A stretch of 62,560 nucleotides of DNA, filler included, from Sphacelaria rigidula (GCA_964200075.2; 4 parts of 4 records of this genome joined end to end with filler, not necessarily neighbours in it), one strand, 5' to 3'. Counted from the whole stretch's first letter, positions 1-13,700 are shown. Program-made: numbers and translations. Notes: a model not told the origin generated them from the letters alone.

Positions 1-5
1 ATTTA

Positions 6-1649
6 TTGTCAAGGTGGGTAAACGTTCCGGCGGTGTCTGTACGTGCTGCGGCCGTGTTTGCGAGCGGTCAGCCTGATGAAACGCTGCCGTCGAAGGACGC
101 TATTCGTGAGGCCCAAGAGCAGGCTCAAGCCGGGTTTGGAGTGATGGATGCTGGAGCCCCTACCTTTGCAGCAGCTGTTGGGCGAGTTTCAAAAGACGGT
201 GAGGGTTTGTTTCGCGTGCATGTAGCAGGGCGGAATGTGTTGTGGATCCCGCCGCAAGCAAAAGAGCTGCAAACACGCTTGATGGTGTGTGCTCACATGA
301 AGGAGGCGGGTCATCGGGGTGTTGTGGCGACACTGCAGCGGCTGCAAGAGTATTGCTGTTGGTTTCAGATGGAAGCTCATGTGACGGATTTTGTTAGGAA
401 ATGCTTGCATTGTGTGGACTCGAAAGCGGGTGAGATGGTCCCGCGGCCACTAGGGGAGACAGTGCATGGCACACGGCCCGGTGAGGTGATACATTTTGAT
501 TATCTGTACGTTGGCGAAAGTGGCCCGCTGGGCGAGAGCGGCCTGAATGAAGGCGACGGGTACAAGTACATATTTTTAATGATGGATGATCTGTGCAATT
601 TCGCGTGGTTGGAGCCCACCGAGTCTTGTACAGCTGCAGCAACTGTGCAGCATCTGCTGGCGTGGTGCAAGGCGTTGGGTCCGCCGGAGGTCTGGGTTAG
701 TGACACCGCATCGCACTTTAAGAACCATGTGATGCGAGCATTGGAGAAGGCGCTGAAGCTGGACAGGAGGTTCGCGGTTCCAAACTCGCCGTGGTCAAAT
801 GGTACGTGTGAAAGGATGATGCGCGAGGTTGTCCGCACTTTGAAGGCCATGCTGCAAGAAGAGAGGCGCGACGTTCGTGACTGGGTGGGACTGGCGCCTG
901 CCTTCCAGTGGGCATTGAACACGGCATTCCGCGAGCGCTACGCCAGTACGCCATACCATGTGATGTTTGGACGGGCGCCGCGCACAAGTTTTTCGACCCT
1001 GGCATCGTCGACTGGCGGCGAGTGACGACTTGATGTGCTGGATGAGGACATGCTGCGGGAGAAGGTGGCGTCAGTCGTGGAGGCGCAGCAAGCGTTGCAC
1101 AAGGAGGTGGCGTAGCGTGTTGAGAAGACCCGTGAACTGCAACGACGTGTCGCTAGTAAGGGACAGTTGCCAAATTTCATGGTGGGTGGCTATGTGTTGG
1201 CTGCGAGGGTTAGGCGCTCAAGTACAACGCCAAAACTCGTGAGTACGTGGACAGGACCGTGGAGGATCGTGGCAGCGGAGCATCAGCATGTGTACGAGAC
1301 TCAGAACATCGTCAACGGAGAGGTGAAGGACGCGCATGTCTCCCGTCTACGGTACTACGCGGACAAGCAGCTGGCGGTCACTGCGGATCTGAAGGAAGTG
1401 TTCCAGTATGCGTTTGCGCAAGGAGAATTCGAGATGGAGGCGACCGTTGACTTGTCCGAGGCCCAAGACGGTGAGGGGTTCGTCGAACACGTGGAATGGG
1501 TAGGTTTCGGCAAGGATGAGAGCTCGTGGGAGCCTCTGGAAACCATTTTGGAAGGAGCCCCGCAGCTCGTACGTTCTGAATTGCGTAAGTTGCGACCAAC
1601 AAAGCAGGTACGGGCCCGTTTGCTGGCTAAGTATGGGCTCAAGCTCTGA
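6..1649 (+). pseudogene. Gypsy integrase with chromodomain, disrupted by in-frame stops
   Basis: ORFs 6-1025 and 1167-1649 share one frame, separated by TGA at 1023 and TAG at about 1112. WTGPWRI motif; chromodomain-like FEMEATVDL...VEWVGFGKDESSWEPLETI. Confidence 0.9.
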
Positions 1650-1801
1650 TTGATTGGGTTACCAGCTGTGATTGGTTGTTGGCGTAGTTCATGGATTCTA
1701 CTATGCCATTTGGCGTACGTTGGGTATACTGCTTGGTCATTGTTTGCCTAGCATGTTGGAGTAGTTCGTGCTGGTGTGTTATGATTATACTGGGGGGGCA
1801 T

Positions 1802-2173
1802 TGTGATTTGACCTGATGTGGTCTGATAATGCTTGTCTCTTGTTGACATCGTAGGGTACTATCGGTGTCTACTGTTTTGTCAAATTCGCTTTCAACTTCA
1901 AGTAGTGCGAAGTTTTGGAGGGTGCTGTAGAGTAGTCCACCTACAGTATCCATCATGTAGATATGCGGCGGATCCTGGATTGATTGTTTGGAGGATGACT
2001 ATTGGATGCGTAACATATCGTGTTCGTGAGGAAAGCTCGGGAATCTTACTTCTGGTTAACGGAGACTGCCGTTTGTATAACTGCCTGAAGTCTTGAAGTC
2101 TCTGGAGCCCGTGACTGGGAGGAAGCCTCTGGAGCAGCACTGTAACCTTGTCCTGATTGCAGGCAGGTTCACA
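1802..2173 (+). repeat. 3' LTR (372 bp)
   Basis: Starts TGTGATTTGACCTG three bases after the polypurine tract and ends CAGGTTCACA, giving short inverted termini TG...CA. Confidence 0.8.
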
Positions 2174-5100
2174 AACATGCTACACATGTAAACTTTTCGT
2201 CTCATTAACTGAACCGGCGAAGCGAGTCATGTTATGAATAAGACCTTACTCTCAATCGTACTTCCAACGCTTAATTTCACGGAAACATTGTTCAATGTGC
2301 GAGGTAAGCGTTTTGTCCATTAATGATGCAGGCACAACCGGCCGCTGAAAGCCATGAAAAGCCTACTCTCAATCGTATCGTAGACTCTCAATCTCACGAA
2401 AACACGGTTACCGATGATGAAGAACGCTTTCATGCGCTATTCTTTCCATCTGACTCCGTATACCGCGAGGATGGCATATCACTCTCCATGCAGACACGAA
2501 CGTCAGACGAAGACACCAGGGAAGGACGAGAGATGAACAAGGACACAAGCATGTCCAATCTCAATGAAGCCAACCTTGAACAACTTAGCACCCCCGAGAA
2601 ACAAGAGCTTCTGACACTGTCGGACGAGTTCCGCCTTCAAGGTATGTTTGCAGCTGACCCAAAAAAATCCTATCATGTGGTCAAGGTAAGATCCGTATAT
2701 CATTGAAAGATGAACGATGCAAACCTGTCGCAACAAAGCAGCGACGCTCCTCCCCGGCCGAAACAGGAGCATTTCAAGCGGAAGCAGAGAAGCCTCACCA
2801 ACGAGGTATTACTCGGCGATCAGAGTCAGAGTGGGCAACGAGATCCCTCGCAGTACCAACACAAGACAGCACACTCCACCTATGCCATGACTGCAGGGAA
2901 CTGAATGATCTCGCAGAAAAAGACAGCGGAGGTCTGAGAGACATCGAAAGCATACACGACAAACTTTTAATAAGTGGAGATTAATATTTTTCCACATTAG
3001 ATCTGGCCTCAGGGCACTTCTAACTCAAAATCGAAGAGAATGACAAACACAAGACAGCCTTCAGAGATGCATTCGGTCAACTATGGGAGTACAACAAGTG
3101 TAGCTTTACGCTGAAGAACCTCCCATCCGGCTTCACAAGAGGTATTTCCAAACCCCCAGGGCCCCTCATAGGTGAAGGAGTTCAGGTATGGTTAGACGAC
3201 ATACTCATCTTCAGCACAACCCTCTCTGAACACCTTTCCCTCATGTGAAACGTCATCTCGGCTCTGTTAGAATCAAACTACTCTGCCAACTCCGCGAAAT
3301 CGTCATGGTACGTGCCTAACCATGAATTCTTGGGGATGGTGATCGACCACGAGGGTAAACACCCAGCCCCATTCAAAATTGAACCAGTCAGTAAGCTCTC
3401 CCCCCCAAACACGGCAGAAGAGCTACATGCCTTCCTCGGTATGACTGGTTACACGCGATCATTCGTCGAACATTACAGCATCATTGCCCTCGACTGATAT
3501 CCCACGTAATCCTCGCTTTCAATCGAAACGCGCGAGGAAACTGAGGATTCCGTGGGACGACGAAAAGCAACAGGCCTTCGATAACTGAAGAAGGCCCTAA
3601 TCTCCCCACCAGTTCTAGCATATCCCTCGTTGCATCGCCCCTTTACCCTACACACCGACGCGAGTATTTGGGGGGCCGGCGCGACGTTGACGATTGGTGG
3701 TGTCGAGAAAGTAGTAGCATACGCTAGTCACCGGTTCTCGCGTACAGAGTCACTGAGGGCAGCAACACACCGAGAATGCATGACCGTCTTGTTGGCGACG
3801 GGGCACGTCAGACCATATACTACACGTAGAAGATTGAGTCTCGTAACACATTGCAGCGCTCTCCTCTGGTTATTCAGGAGCAGAGACCTCGAATCGAAAC
3901 TACATCGTTGAGCGCTACGCTCGATGGAGTACGACATAACACTACAGTGGAAAATAGGTACATGCCACGAACTTCCCGATACTCTATCACGGCTATTTGA
4001 CCACACCTCAGAAGGTACAGATGTTGACGACGCTTTTCCGCATTACCCAACTCTGAACTCCGACCGGCGCACGAAGGTTCCGCAAGGACCAGTGCTGGAT
4101 AAAGTCCCCTTGAGCCAACTAGGAGAAGAGAGCGGGATACTGGTAGGATCTGCCTCCATCCCAGCGTTGTGATCGATGGCAGCCACTACAGACTGTATAG
4201 ACTGCTCAACCGACGAAGTCGCGCGACAAGAGTCAAGCCAGATATCCGACATACAAACACATGAGGCAGGAGTAAGTGAGACAATGACACAGCCATCGAA
4301 GATGCCATTTGCTCGAGAAGAGGTAGTAGCACTGCATGACAAGGTTCAGGAAGAACCACTCAGATCCAGCAGAACCCGCACCCGCTCTGTTAGACTATAA
4401 GATTTCATGTCCAACGAATCCACTTCCGTACCGCAGAGCACACCTCCAGCCTACACAGACGCCCAGCAGACAGTCAGGAATCAAGTCCCCGTGTCGTCTT
4501 CATTGAACTCGGAAACAATCACACGAGAAGGGTCTCACCCAATAGTCACAACCCGTCATCAACAAAGCAATCAATACTCCATCGGTTCTACCCAGCCTAA
4601 TCGAGAACCAGAAGAACGACCCCCCGCCTATGTCAGACTCGAGCTTCCTTACTCAGCGAGACGAAGAAGGCTGAGTTTTGAACCACGCCAGATCGCTACG
4701 TCGTGGACGACCAGAGCCTGCTGGGGTTTACCGTAAATATGCATAAACCAACCTTAGCCATACCGAAACAGCTAGTCCCAGACCTAATAGCACTCGTACA
4801 CGCACACTATAGACACACTGGAGTAGCGCACACCACGATCCTGCTCCGAAATCACTTCCTCTAGGACAGTCTGAACAAAGACTTCCGTGACTAGGTTCTA
4901 TCATGCGGATGTAGAAGCAGGAAAAGGGCACAAACTCAAAAAGTAGCAATTCTAACGAGCCGGTTTCTACATCCCTGGAAGGTACTAGAGATCGCCTTTC
5001 AGGATAATATGCATCGCACATCCGCATAAGGCAATCGATACATCCTACTGGTCGTCGACCTGGCGCCGAAGTTCCTCTTCGCCTACCCCAGACCTACGAA

Positions 5101-6880
5101 AGAGTCAACACCGGTAGCCCACATCCTACTGAACCTGTGTCTGACATTCGGCATGCCTAGATCTAGTCGCAGCGACAAAGGGGGAGAGTTCGCAGCAACT
5201 GTAGTAAGGGACCTATGCAGATGGCTCACGGTATCTCTGGACTACGGACCCGCAGAGCATCCGAGAGGTCAGGGTGCAGTTGAAAGGGCAGGAGCATGGA
5301 TGCATGATACGCTATACTCGAACTATGTAAATCATGGCTTGACAGGTGGGATGAGTACGTGGATCCAGCGTGCTGGATCAAACGTACACTTCCAGACCCA
5401 ACCATTCCTTCCAACATGTCCCCGTTTCAAATCATTTTCGGTCGTAATCCTAGAGCCACACTAGACACTCTAGTACTACAGATGGACGGCAATGACACCG
5501 CGATAGGTCTGAAAAACTTCATTGAACGAAGAAAACTAAAAGTAGACCAGGTTAATCAAGTCTTGGAAGCAAGACAGAGGAACAAACAAAGGGATCGACA
5601 GAGACATGACGCAAGTATCATAAGGAGCTTCCCGGGTACGTCGGCTGAGATAGGAGATTTGGTGCTAGTCCGGGAACTAGAAAGTACATTACATAGGGAT
5701 GGTCGACACCAAAAACTGACACACGAAAGATGGACGGGATCGTGGGAAGTAGCGTCCATCCCCATTCCGGGAATGAGTGTAGAAGTATCGATGCAAGGCA
5801 AGAAACTGCGCTACAGGACCGTCTCCACCACGGACCTTAAATCGTTCTATCAACGTCGACCTGAACTGAGACACGACACTTTCTACGATAGCCCCCCCCA
5901 AAAAAACAGCCCAAAGTGTCACGAAACAAATGGTTATATAGTGCCTGATGCTTGGGTTCATGCTGCATGAAGCGCCTCATATGGGCAACATTGGCGAGAA
6001 CGAACCCAAGCGTGGAGATTCCCAGCTGCTCGTTGTGCCCGGCTTCTTCCATTTCGATTTACGTTCAGATTTTGCCTCCCCAAACCAGGCATTTTTTTAG
6101 GGGAGGCCATCGTAGAAGGTGTCACACGCAATGGAGGATGAAATCGGCCAGTTGGCATAGAGACCGGACGTGAGACTAGCCGACATCTCTACAGTAGCCC
6201 CCCCTCTGTATACACTAACGAAGAGGAGGGGCACAACAACCGAACCCAACCTAACGGTGTGGGAGTGTAAAGGTAGGTATCAGGACAGACAAGAGTCCGA
6301 CTGGCTGACGGAAATGGAAGTGTTCTACAGTTTCTCCCCTCTCCAACTCGATGTGTTTCATGCCATGTGGGACCTGTATCATCCGTCGGTAAGATCCTAC
6401 CCACAATCTAACAGTGAGGGAGCGTCCACACCGACAAGGAATAGGGAGAATGATTTGGCTATATACCCAATAGGAACCCAGGTAAGGAGGTCAGTAGACG
6501 ACGGAGTCGGCGAAGGAGGAGGAACAGGTGAGGTATATGATTACCTTGATCCATACTGGCGAATGAGATACCCGAACGGCGAGTGGTTGGAATTCAGCAG
6601 GAGAGGAATGCGTAAATTACAATTTTAGAGTGAGTGATACCCAGTACATACCGTAACAGAAGCCGTGCCATCAGACGCGTACCCCTCCCGAGTGAGTGCT
6701 TCACAGGTGAAGAACCCCACGCGGGATGGACAAGGGTGGAGTATTCACTCGAGCTCGGAGACGCAGTCAAAGATGAGAAGGTTACCGGGTCCCATGGGTG
6801 CAGTCGAAACCTGGGGGCAGCCAATTCTGGGGGTAATCGAAACGGGCCTTTATACCGTACCTTCCAGCCATAGGGGAGTG
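2174..6880 (+). mobile_element. Decayed Ty3/Gypsy retrotransposon pol (RT, RNase H, integrase, chromo/Tudor-like tail)
   Basis: RT: YFSTLDLASGH, DKHKTAF, WLDD at 3189-3200. RNase H: FTLHTDAS...VVAYAS at 3630-3911. Integrase: SDKGGEF, HPRGQGAVER, PFQIIFGR. Many stops and frameshifts. PPT-like AGGGGAG followed by TG at about 6872-6880. Confidence 0.9.
5875..6123 (+). mobile_element. MITE, copy 1 of the GACACTTTCTACGAT family, inserted in Gypsy integrase
   Basis: TIRs GACACTTTCTACGAT / ATCGTAGAAGGTGTC; 4-bp TSD ACAC; removing it rejoins the host frame PELRH-AMEDE. Confidence 0.9.
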
Positions 6881-7329
6881 TGAATGGAATTCTCCCTTTT
6901 ATTTCACAGGGTCCCAGATCGATTGCACTGGTCTCAGCTCAATGGGTGATACCTTTTAAAACAGTTGGCAAATCTATTGAGGGGGGATGTTACAGGGTGG
7001 ATCATGACCCTGTATGCAAGACTATTGGGCAATATGATTGCGGGCACTACCTTTCTTCAGCCTAATGACGAATGGAAGAATATGAAACTACAAGTGCATT
7101 GGGCGCCCCCCACAGATCAGAAGATCCACGAAGCGCAACCCAAATCCACTCTGAAGACAAATCGGTATTGTCTCCCGATAATTGCGTTGCACTCGACCTT
7201 TGCTGGCCGCTGAAAACACCACCAATCCTCCGTCGAGGATCGATCTACATGCTGAGCATTGTGCTTACATGCATTCTTCCTCCTGCTACAGGACTCACGC
7301 AGGTAAGGTCCAATCTTACTATAGGGTCG

Positions 7330-10049
7330 CTATTGTAGTCGTTGGCACTACCGAGTAATGTAGTCACGGTAATAGAGGGTTCGTGGGTGCCTTGCGTAGG
7401 TAATCTACCCATCCCTTCACGTCTAACGTATGCTTTGGCCTAGCTTGTGAGACAGTCAATGTCAGACGATGGTGACTTTTGACTGGTGCATGACCTACAT
7501 TGATGGCAGGCATCACTACACCACGTCCCTCAGATCAAAAAGCGAGAGTCAAGTTACCCCTGCCAACGATCAAGTAGGTACTACCGCCCGCACACCGTAG
7601 TTCCCTATCCCTGTATTCTCGCTACTCCGTCATTTTTCCAGAATCGAGCGAAAAAGGCTGGGTTGCCTCCGTTTCGAACACCCACAGTTCGCCCTCATCT
7701 TGCTGTCCAACACCCCCCCCCTGAACAGAAAACGTAGTCACCCGTAGTGTATCTTCGGCGGTCTTCGTTATAGCTATGCCGGTGAATTCCTCAGCCTCAG
7801 CATTCGTGCATATGGTAGAGTCGATGGCGTCGCTTACTGAACCCATGGTCATGTCCACATCTTCTCCAGACCTCTTTTTCCCGCACTTGTCACAGTACCC
7901 ATCCGGGCAGTCTCTCATCCGCCACGTCGTCATCTGTCGGCAGATGTGACAGCGCTCCTGCGTCGCAGCCGCCGATTGATTATTTGACGATAGTACCGAC
8001 AATTGGCTGCTTCTGCTCTGGTCCCCGTCGCCACCACGACCTGGATCCTGGTTCTTCCCCAGCTTTCTCTTCCTGCGTGAGCCGTTGGATCTGCGGTGAC
8101 CCTTGACAAAAACGCCTGCTCGCCGGAGGAAGTTTTCTTCTATTTAGCAAGGTCGTGCTTGAAAAGTGCTAATTCGAAACGTTTCACACGTCGGACGACT
8201 CATGGGTTAACTCCGCATGGTGCTACGGTAGGGTTGCACAAATATTTCCTGAGGTTTCGGATTGTTAGGAGCCGTAAATCTCATCGAAAAGCGACTTATG
8301 GAGTATGTGAAAACACGCCACGATTAGCACTCGAATGGGACAGGGATAGCTCGAATGGATTTGAAAAGGGGGATGTACTGACCCGTATTTTTGTGTAACT
8401 TATAAGTTCAGGAGTAGTCTACCTGAATGAGCAAGATCTGGGCCCAAACGTGCAACCCCTGCCGCAGTATTACTCCTCTGCTACGTTGTATATCTTACAG
8501 CCCGAAAATATGCACCGCTGAGTTATGCTGCATAACACATCCCGCCAGAATATGCACCACAGAATTATACCCCATTAATCACTCGACCAGGATATGCACG
8601 GATGCGCTATGTTGTATAACCCACCCGGTCAGGATATACACCGCTAAGTTTTTATAGAAATCACCCGACCAGGATATGCACCGATTATCTATATTGCCAT
8701 ACCTGACCCGACCAGAATGTGCACAGCTGAGTTATGTTGCTATACCTCACCCGGTCAGGACACGCACCGCTGAGTTTATATTGCTATAATTCACCTTACC
8801 AAAATATGCATCGCTGGGTTGTGTTGTATAACTCACCCGCCCAGAATGTGCACCGATGGCTTATGTTGTATAACTCACCAGATCGAAATATGCACCGCTG
8901 ATTTATCTAGTACAATTCACCAGATTGGAATATGCACCGCTAAGGTATGTTGTTATAATTCACGGCTGAGTTATCGGGAAATGAGTTGTGCTGCACAACT
9001 CACCCGACTGGAGACAAGCAAAACACAGTGGTCAACATCGAATAATTAGCCATTTGTGGGACTAGAAATACACGGTTACGTCACGCGCCTGCCAGTTCAT
9101 GTCGCGTGATAAACCTCCGAGTCGATCCGCAAAAATAAATACTGCCGCGAGTGTAATGTATAGAACCATGTACATGATTCAGGGCCGAGGACTATAATGA
9201 GAGAGTGATCACGAACACCATTCTTGATATGGCCATACTTTTTCACAGCTCCATACATAGTCTAGCTCCAGTGGTCTTGGGGCTATTCAAACATACCAAC
9301 TCGTGCCATACAGCAGTCGGGGAAGCAACTCGGAAACAAACGTCCCTTTTCCCCTTGCTCTCCAGGCTTGCGACCAGCATATGTCGAGCTCTTATGTTCG
9401 CGGCCACTATTTATTTGCCGTACCTTACCTCCAGGCAACGTACTGACAATTCCGTGTTTCCTTTACATCAAGCGAGTTGTCGCTCGACATCGTGAACACC
9501 CAATCGACATCTTCGCTTCTTGCGGAGTTGATGACCTTGTTGTGTTTGAAATGAGAAAAATCTGAACTCTTTTCGGAGAACTTTGACACAGTAGCCTTGA
9601 AAACAGGTCCGCCACCAATAACACTCTGTACACCCTGTCCATTTGGACTGTACATGACTCACGTGCGGGGCTCAGGCCCCTTGTTCCGTCGCTTCCTGCT
9701 CTGTGGTTGCTCCCAGATGGAGCTCTCTGCTCGCTTTCGCGATAGCGCCGGCGGCTTCCTGCCACGCTACGCTCGGCTGTGCTGTCAACACGCTGCAGCT
9801 GTGGTATCGCTTGCGTGACTCTCCAAGGGAATCCGTCGTTATCGACGACGCTCCGGTGCACGCCGCCGGACTCGTAGTCAGCCCAGCTTCGTACAGCGAC
9901 GCTTGACCCCCTGTTTTGGCCAACAGGGGTAATTCACCCAGAGCAATCCAGTTGTCGATTTCATCCACGACAACTAACAACGTTTTCGTAAGATTGAAAG
10001 TAGGGCGCTGATTGATAGTCGCTTTGGTCATTCGCTCTAACCTGGCCAT
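7330..10049 (-). mobile_element. Decayed Ty1/Copia gag-protease relic(s), interrupted
   Basis: Minus strand: gag-like HMLVASLESKGKRDVCFRVASPTAVWHELVCLNSPKTTGARL at about 9250-9400; zinc knuckles CHICRQ / CDKCGK; protease-like LWVFETEAT in ORF 7622-8002. Confidence 0.7.
8505..8970. repeat. Minisatellite with a unit of about 42 bp, about 11 diverged copies
   Basis: Recurrent unit resembling AATATGCACCGCTGAGTTATGTTGTATAACTCACCCGACCAG. Confidence 0.88.
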
Positions 10050-10799
10050 TTTTTTATTTCGTGTGTGCTTTTCTTTGCCCGTTACACTAGCGTGTGGTTA
10101 CAGCTACACCTCGATATCCTACTCAGGGATATAAAGGGGCTCAGTGGCAAGCTATCACGAAAAGCATATCAGGCCTCGTGGAGGGGCATTTCGGAACTGA
10201 AACGATCCATTCACTCATTGAACGCTTTTCACTCTCATCCGTATCCTCTACTCTCACTCTCACGAAAATATTGCTAACTGCCCTCCCCCGGCATCGTTCA
10301 TCCCGTACAGTATACCAAATCCAACACTCGACATTTCAGAACAAATATCGGTAAATGACACTGACACTACATAGACCGACCAACCTTACGACCTTAATCG
10401 TGTCCCAAAGGATCACAATCGTGTGCATTTCAGCATCGTAGCTCAAAACACAACGCATGATGCGTCAGAGGTCTTACCCGGCTTCGGGCCAGATCTTGTT
10501 AGTGATACTGCAACCATATGCTGCATGATGCCTCTTTCACAACCAAAGTAGGTTTAGATAGTGGAGCGTGTGCAGGATGATATTTGATAGCCCTTGCACC
10601 GCCCGATCCAGGCTCGGCTCAAATATTCGTAACAGCCAGCTGCTGTTAACAAATGATCGACCTGGGGACGGCGGACAAGCGATTCTTTCACCATCCATCC
10701 TCGTTTTTTGGCGTGTTTGGCTCTTCCACTTCGCTTACGGTTAAGCAATCGGTAAGACTCAGTGTGCAGTTTTTTTACAATACTAGCCCCACCGCCCGG

Positions 10800-13700
10800 T
10801 TATCCATATGGACATGAATCATGCCCGATGGCTCTACGGCTGCTGAGTGTTGTTGGGGCGAGATATTTTGCTTCATTCCTCCACACACACGTGCACGTCG
10901 GACAAACCTGTTCAAAACCATCCAGTCACAGGCAGACTGTCAGTGGGACAGGTTGACACCAATTCAGGGGTTAATGCCTACACGGGCGACCCTACTTAAA
11001 TGGGTAATGTTTTTGACTGTCCTATGTTGGTGAACATGTAGCCTCGCCTTCTCGTGTACCCCAACTCATACATGTGGTCTCAAGGCGAAATGGATATCGC
11101 GCCCTCACTGGGCAGTACTTGGTCGAATTGCTCAAGCCCAACCAATCACAAGTTGGTGCGTTTGAATAGATCGAAAATTTTCTGCATGAAGGACGGCAAC
11201 CATTAATCTCCCGTTCTCTGTATCTTCCGACATACTCCCCGGAAACTGTTGGGTTATGCCCAGGCACCTCTGCTACGGACAGCCTTGTCAAATGTATGTA
11301 TTCCAAAAGAAACGAAGTTGTCGACCGAAACACGACAACCACGGAACCTCTTCCGTTGAACATGACTGACTCCATGGTGGTCGTCAAACCATCAGACGCG
11401 CCTGACCGCGAACCCCCGACTGCTTGCTAGACAGGTTACCCCAGAACAACGTGTTAGTTTGCAACTATTATGGGACGATATTTCCCCGCATTCACCGCAC
11501 GATATTTTTTATCTACCTGGTGATGCTTGGACACTCACGGTAATCGATAGGCTGAGATCTATCTTGATCCGTTCTTCTGAATGGTGTTCCACATCGCCTT
11601 GAGACTTGGGCCGATGTACCACAACACAAATTACAACAATAATTCCTGATGGCATTCCGCCTGTTGCCACATGTCCGTGCCGTACTAACCCTCTGTCAGC
11701 GGATAAAGTCCAAGTAATCCTCGACGGATTTTTATCCGCTGGAGTAATTCGGCGCTCGATATCTCCGTGGGTCTCCCCTCTAGTTCTTGTCCGGAAGAAT
11801 TGCAAGATCAGACTGACGGTCAAATACCAACGATTGAACGCTGTCACCAAAATCGCACGTCTGCCTCTTCCACGGACAGATGAAACCATAGACTCTCTTG
11901 GCGTGAGTAGAGCATTTTCGAACTTTTGTATGCAATCCGGCTACCATCAGCTCATGATGAACCCACATTCCGTTGAACTGACAGCTTTTTGCACGCGTCA
12001 GGACTGTATGAATGGCTGGTAACAGGTTCCCGCCGGCGCTTCCGGGGCGTTTTAACGTGTGATGTTCCGTAATGATTGCCCAGGTTCCATCTGTACCTTG
12101 ATGATGCAGTGCGCCATGATTGCACACCGGCCGAACACGTCGAATAATTGGCATAGTTCTTCGATCGAGTTGAACAGCACAGCTTGAAACACTCCCTCCA
12201 AATCCCACATCGGCGCGACTCGAATTGAGTATTTGAGCCATTGCATCACCCCTCAAGGTCGTAGCCGAAACCTCAACAAGGTTGCCGAACATGCTGAAAT
12301 GCCCATGCCACGGAATATTGATCACCTGCGTTCCTTACTAGGAGGCTTAGGCTACTACCGACAGTGCTTGCCAAACCTAACTCAAACTCCAAAACACGTC
12401 GCCACTCTCCTCAAGAAAGAGGTGAAATTCGTTTTCACGTCGGAAATGGGGGCGAACCGTCCATAGTCTGATCGTCATTACTTTGCAACCGCCGATCCTT
12501 GTTTTTCCAGAGTGATCGGCTGCGGAAAATGGTTCACGTTCTCGCCAACTTGACACGGATTCCCCCAAAACTGGGTTTGGCTGCACGTTAGAACAAGAGC
12601 AAGAAGACGATGGTGTTTGTCCTATTATATGTCTGAGGAGAACCACTTTCCCGAACGAACAGAATTGATGGGTCATGGAACAAGAGACCCACGCAGATGT
12701 TTGAAACGTGCGACGTCTCCGTCAGTATTTACGGCATTCCGTTTGTGATTTATACGCATCATAAATCTTTGGAAACCCCCGCAAAGATGGCGGAACATAG
12801 CGAAAGGGTACATCGCTGGTTCAAAATTGTGTCGATCCTTACAACTTAAAGTTGAAATACCGAATGGACCCAAAAATGCAATCCGACTCTTTGTCTCGGG
12901 TGACCACACCGGCTAAACCTATCGATGAGTCCCCATAGGACATATCACGGATCCCAGCCAAGGCCCCTTATGTTTGATTAGCAGGGATGGTCATGGAGGT
13001 CTCTACACGTCATACTTACTTTTTCATCCGCCGTGTTTCGGCATGAGTGGGCTGACAACCACCGCTCACGCTTCAGTACTAGGTTATTTACGATCTCCAT
13101 CGTTGTGCTCAGTCTGGAGTGGACTGCCCGCGAACACCGTTGATTATGAAAATATCCGGGCAACTGGCCAACGAATTGTTTTTGCATCAGCTGTAGAACT
13201 GCCGTATACGTACTTCGTCCTATCAGTCCAAGATCGACATTTGATCTTGAATACAAATCGTGTAAGACCGGTCACCAAGACGGCCACCATACTGAACGCC
13301 TCTGGTCCCGACCTGTCCCTTCCTAAACCCATTCCAACCCCCGACAGTTTCCTTGCGCCTCCCGAAGCCCCGCGGCGTAAGGCTTCCAGCAACTCGACGC
13401 CGATCACAGCGCCCCTTTCACTCATAGCTGAATCTTCAGCTGTGTCCCCTCTTCATGGTGATGGGGTTACTATCGATACCACACCGCTCGATACCCTCAT
13501 CGCTGTAGAAGTACATGACGACGTTCCGCCTGGAGATACACTACCTGGTAGTCCCGCCCCTGATCCAACTATCGACGGTTCGTGTCACCAAGACCATGAT
13601 CCGAACCAATGCGTAGTGGATTCTTCAGCAGAGATTGCATTCAAGTAGTGTTTGACTCTATTCCCAACACTTTCTTTGTCTGATGACTATGGCATGCATG

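Larger units (their letters stand above)
1..2173 (+). mobile_element. Ty3/Gypsy chromovirus-type LTR retrotransposon, 3' portion (integrase-chromodomain, PPT, 3' LTR); 5' part lies outside the window
   Basis: Integrase HHCC (AHMKEAGHRG...CLHC), DDE core (HFDYLY, SDTASHF, ERMMRE) and C-terminal chromodomain, followed by a G7 PPT at 1792-1798 and a TGTGA...TCACA LTR. Confidence 0.93.

Noticed and set aside
8505..8970. CRISPR-like periodic array
   Set aside because: Whole units are homologous, with no unique spacers; no cas genes; eukaryotic context
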